From Marsupella aquatica (lineage: Eukaryota > Plantae > Marchantiophyta): a stretch of DNA of 64,000 nt. The translations under genes were made by a program, and so were the position numbers. Under the pieces are notes generated by a model, which made no database searches, had not been told where the DNA came from, and saw nothing but the letters and a program-made list of their open reading frames with translations. Within the stretch, counting starts at the first letter, position 1, and every line of letters begins with the position of its first letter. This document shows positions 61,585 to 64,000 of this stretch, piece after piece. The stretch lies in NCBI GenBank assembly GCA_973895155.1, contig OZ316891.1, positions 5,365,708 through 5,429,707 on the forward strand, given 5' to 3'.

Positions 61585-62875
61585 GACCCTAATGAGACCT
61601 TCACACGGAAAACCATACAACTACATAACACAAGGTAGTGTGAGATTCTATTAAAGGATTGTAAGCAAGGGGTCTAGCTGAGGTGGTAAAGCAATTGAGA
61701 GATACCCCATCCTTTCTAATACCAGCGGGAATACCAGGCAATGTGAGGAATATGAAACAATTTTTTTGGGCAAAGTGGGGAGGCAATAGGCCAAGATATA
61801 TGCATGATAATATTACTGGTACACGAGTTTTACTAACTATAATTGCTACACATGGCAACCCGTGGCCACCTTTATAAATGGACAAGTCCTCTGAGGGGTG
61901 AGGATTCAGAGTTGGTGGGCATGTGGCAATGGACTCCATCCAATGGTGCATGATTGAAGTATTAACCCCACCACCCCCTTGAGATATACCACCCCCCCCC
62001 CCCTTCACCTTTGAAATAAAACCCCCTCTAAACCCCCTTAAGTGTATTCTTGCTAATTTGTCATTCATACTTTGGCATGAAGGGTTTGATGTGTGGGGTG
62101 AGTTTAGGAACAAACTTATCTTCATGTAACCCTGGAATTGAAAAGTAACCCTTTTAGTCACAAATGAAGCCATTTAATGAGTTATGCCCTTTGCCTATAA
62201 ATGAATGAAATTACCCCTCCTTCCGACTGCATTGTTATGTTTTATACACAAACTATGGTTTTACATCCAATGGTAGTGCATTTTTTGGACTTTGGGTTGG
62301 CCTCATGTGTACTTTGTCTGTGCCCATGTAAATACCTTTGTGAAATTTAGTAAAGGGGCCAATGGAGTAAAGGAACAATAAAGAGGAGGGGCCGATAGGA
62401 GGCAATCATCCCCCTGTTTTTACTAGACAGTGAAATGCCATATAGTTCTCTTGTGGTCAAGGAAAGTTGGTGCCCTGGAAAAACAAAGCATTACTTTAGA
62501 TGTGTTTAATAAGGATGGTACAATATATCATAATTCCTAGGCTTTAATATCAGCTGGGCACTTACACACCAAACAATGATAATACCCCTTTTGAAATATG
62601 TCTATTGATGACATTTTCTATGTGAGGGTCTATTTCTAGGAGGTCTCTAATACGACTAGTGGCATTTAGGGGTCCTAAAAGTACCAAAACAAGAAGGTCA
62701 AGATAGCCCATACCAATAGTAGCCACGTCTCCTCCTCACAAAAGTCATAAAAGGTGTAAGTTTTAAAAGACAAGCCAGTTTAGTTCCACCATTGGGTAGG
62801 ATAGTGCACTCTATTTGCCCTAATCTTAGGTTTATTGGAAAGCTGGCTATCAACGAGCTCTTCATTTCTATTATA

Positions 62876-63565
62876 TATACTAGTGGTCCTCAAGGGCAAC
62901 ACAACAATTGGATGATAATTGGGAAGGTATATAGGGTTTAGAAAATACCCCGGAAAACTAAAGGAGGGGCTCTAAAGTGGGGGTTTGGCGACATGTTGAG
63001 CACAAAATACAAAGGAAGGGTAAGGTTGGGAAAACGGGGATATTTAGGGAAGGGGACATGGTCTCAGAAAATTGAGTTTGTATTTGGAATCAGGGGGTAC
63101 TGCTTACTCTACTCAGTGAATTTGGGTTCCACTTGAGAAGTTCAAAAAATGGCATTTCTGGAAGGGTACTAGGCTTTTGGAACACTTGTTTCAAAATTGG
63201 ATAATTATCTAAGAAAGGTGCACTCTATTACAGCTAATGTTAGGCTCAATAGAAAGCTATTAACAACCTCTTCACTTCTCACATAGTAGATGTCAATAAT
63301 AAATCCATTTTGTGCACATTCAGCGGGATTCAGTTTGGGGAGTTTTTGAGCAAAAAGTACACAAAATGACTTTCTTATTGAGCAAAAAATAAATAATGCA
63401 AGTTGATGGCATGACAAATATGGTACACTTAAGAAAGAATTGATAATGCAAGAAATAAGATGCGTTGACTTGCATGAGGGCATTGTGTTTCTATACTAGT
63501 GGTCCTCAAGGGCAACACAACAATTGGATGATAATTGGGAAGGTATAGGGTTTAGAAAATACCCC
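62876..63565. repeat. ~75-bp direct repeat pair (62876-62951 and 63492-63565)
   Basis: tatactagtggtcctcaagggcaacacaacaattggatgataattgggaaggtata(ta)gggtttagaaaatacccc twice. Confidence 0.85.
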
Positions 63566-64000
63566 AAAAAACACCTGTCTAGTAAAGGTATAAGGGGTAC
63601 TCTAACCTCAAGGTAAGGTATCAAACTAGTATATAGGGTCAAAGAGATGTGGACTACTGATCAAGGTAATAAGGCAAGCATGATGCGCTATACAAATTTA
63701 GGTAACTCATAGACAGTGTACTAACATATCCCATCTTGACACTAAAGAGGAGCCTAGTCCTGAATACCAATCTCGTGTTGTGTTCAAGCCAAAACTATGT
63801 TGTCTTCAAGGTAACCTTGTGTCTTCTCTATACAAATACTTGTATGAAACAGTTGTTTGGGGGTAGGTTAAACATTTACCTCACTTAAATATGCCATCAT
63901 CCATAAAAGCAATCTACATTTTCTTTCAATATCCTTGTGAAAGGTATGGATAATAGTTTTACTACTATTATAGTTATGTACATTTATCTTTTATCAAATT

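Noticed and set aside
60250-62450. Possible decayed transposase, including ORF 61601-62173
   Set aside because: No diagnostic motif could be read with confidence.

Overview
A transposon-saturated region of a land-plant nuclear genome. Plant prolyl 4-hydroxylase, Tnt1/Tork-like copia elements and TTTAGGG motifs point to a plant; a bryophyte origin is inference only. The left half is a tandem segmental duplication: copy 1 ~816-8468, copy 2 ~9311-31326. Each copy carries a repeat-expanded ORF ending in a dead RING-H2 domain and an intronless P4H pseudogene fragment. Copy 2 is inflated by a MITE, a full-length Ty1/copia element (11169-17448) and a PIF/Harbinger element (18162-24845). The right half holds a second copia (32727-39452) and three decayed Sola-like DDD transposase genes. 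One of these genes is split by a nest: an 8.9-kb TG...CA insert with a 5-bp TSD (48320-57212) that contains a second 4.6-kb TG...CA insert with a 5-bp TSD (49842-54470) and a MITE. Neither TG...CA insert shows an LTR pair, gag or pol. Each encodes one long protein with a shared helical domain plus a coiled coil, so they look like giant gene-carrying solo LTRs or integrase-mobilised non-autonomous elements. This is the most novel signal in the window. All alignments and counts were done by eye.
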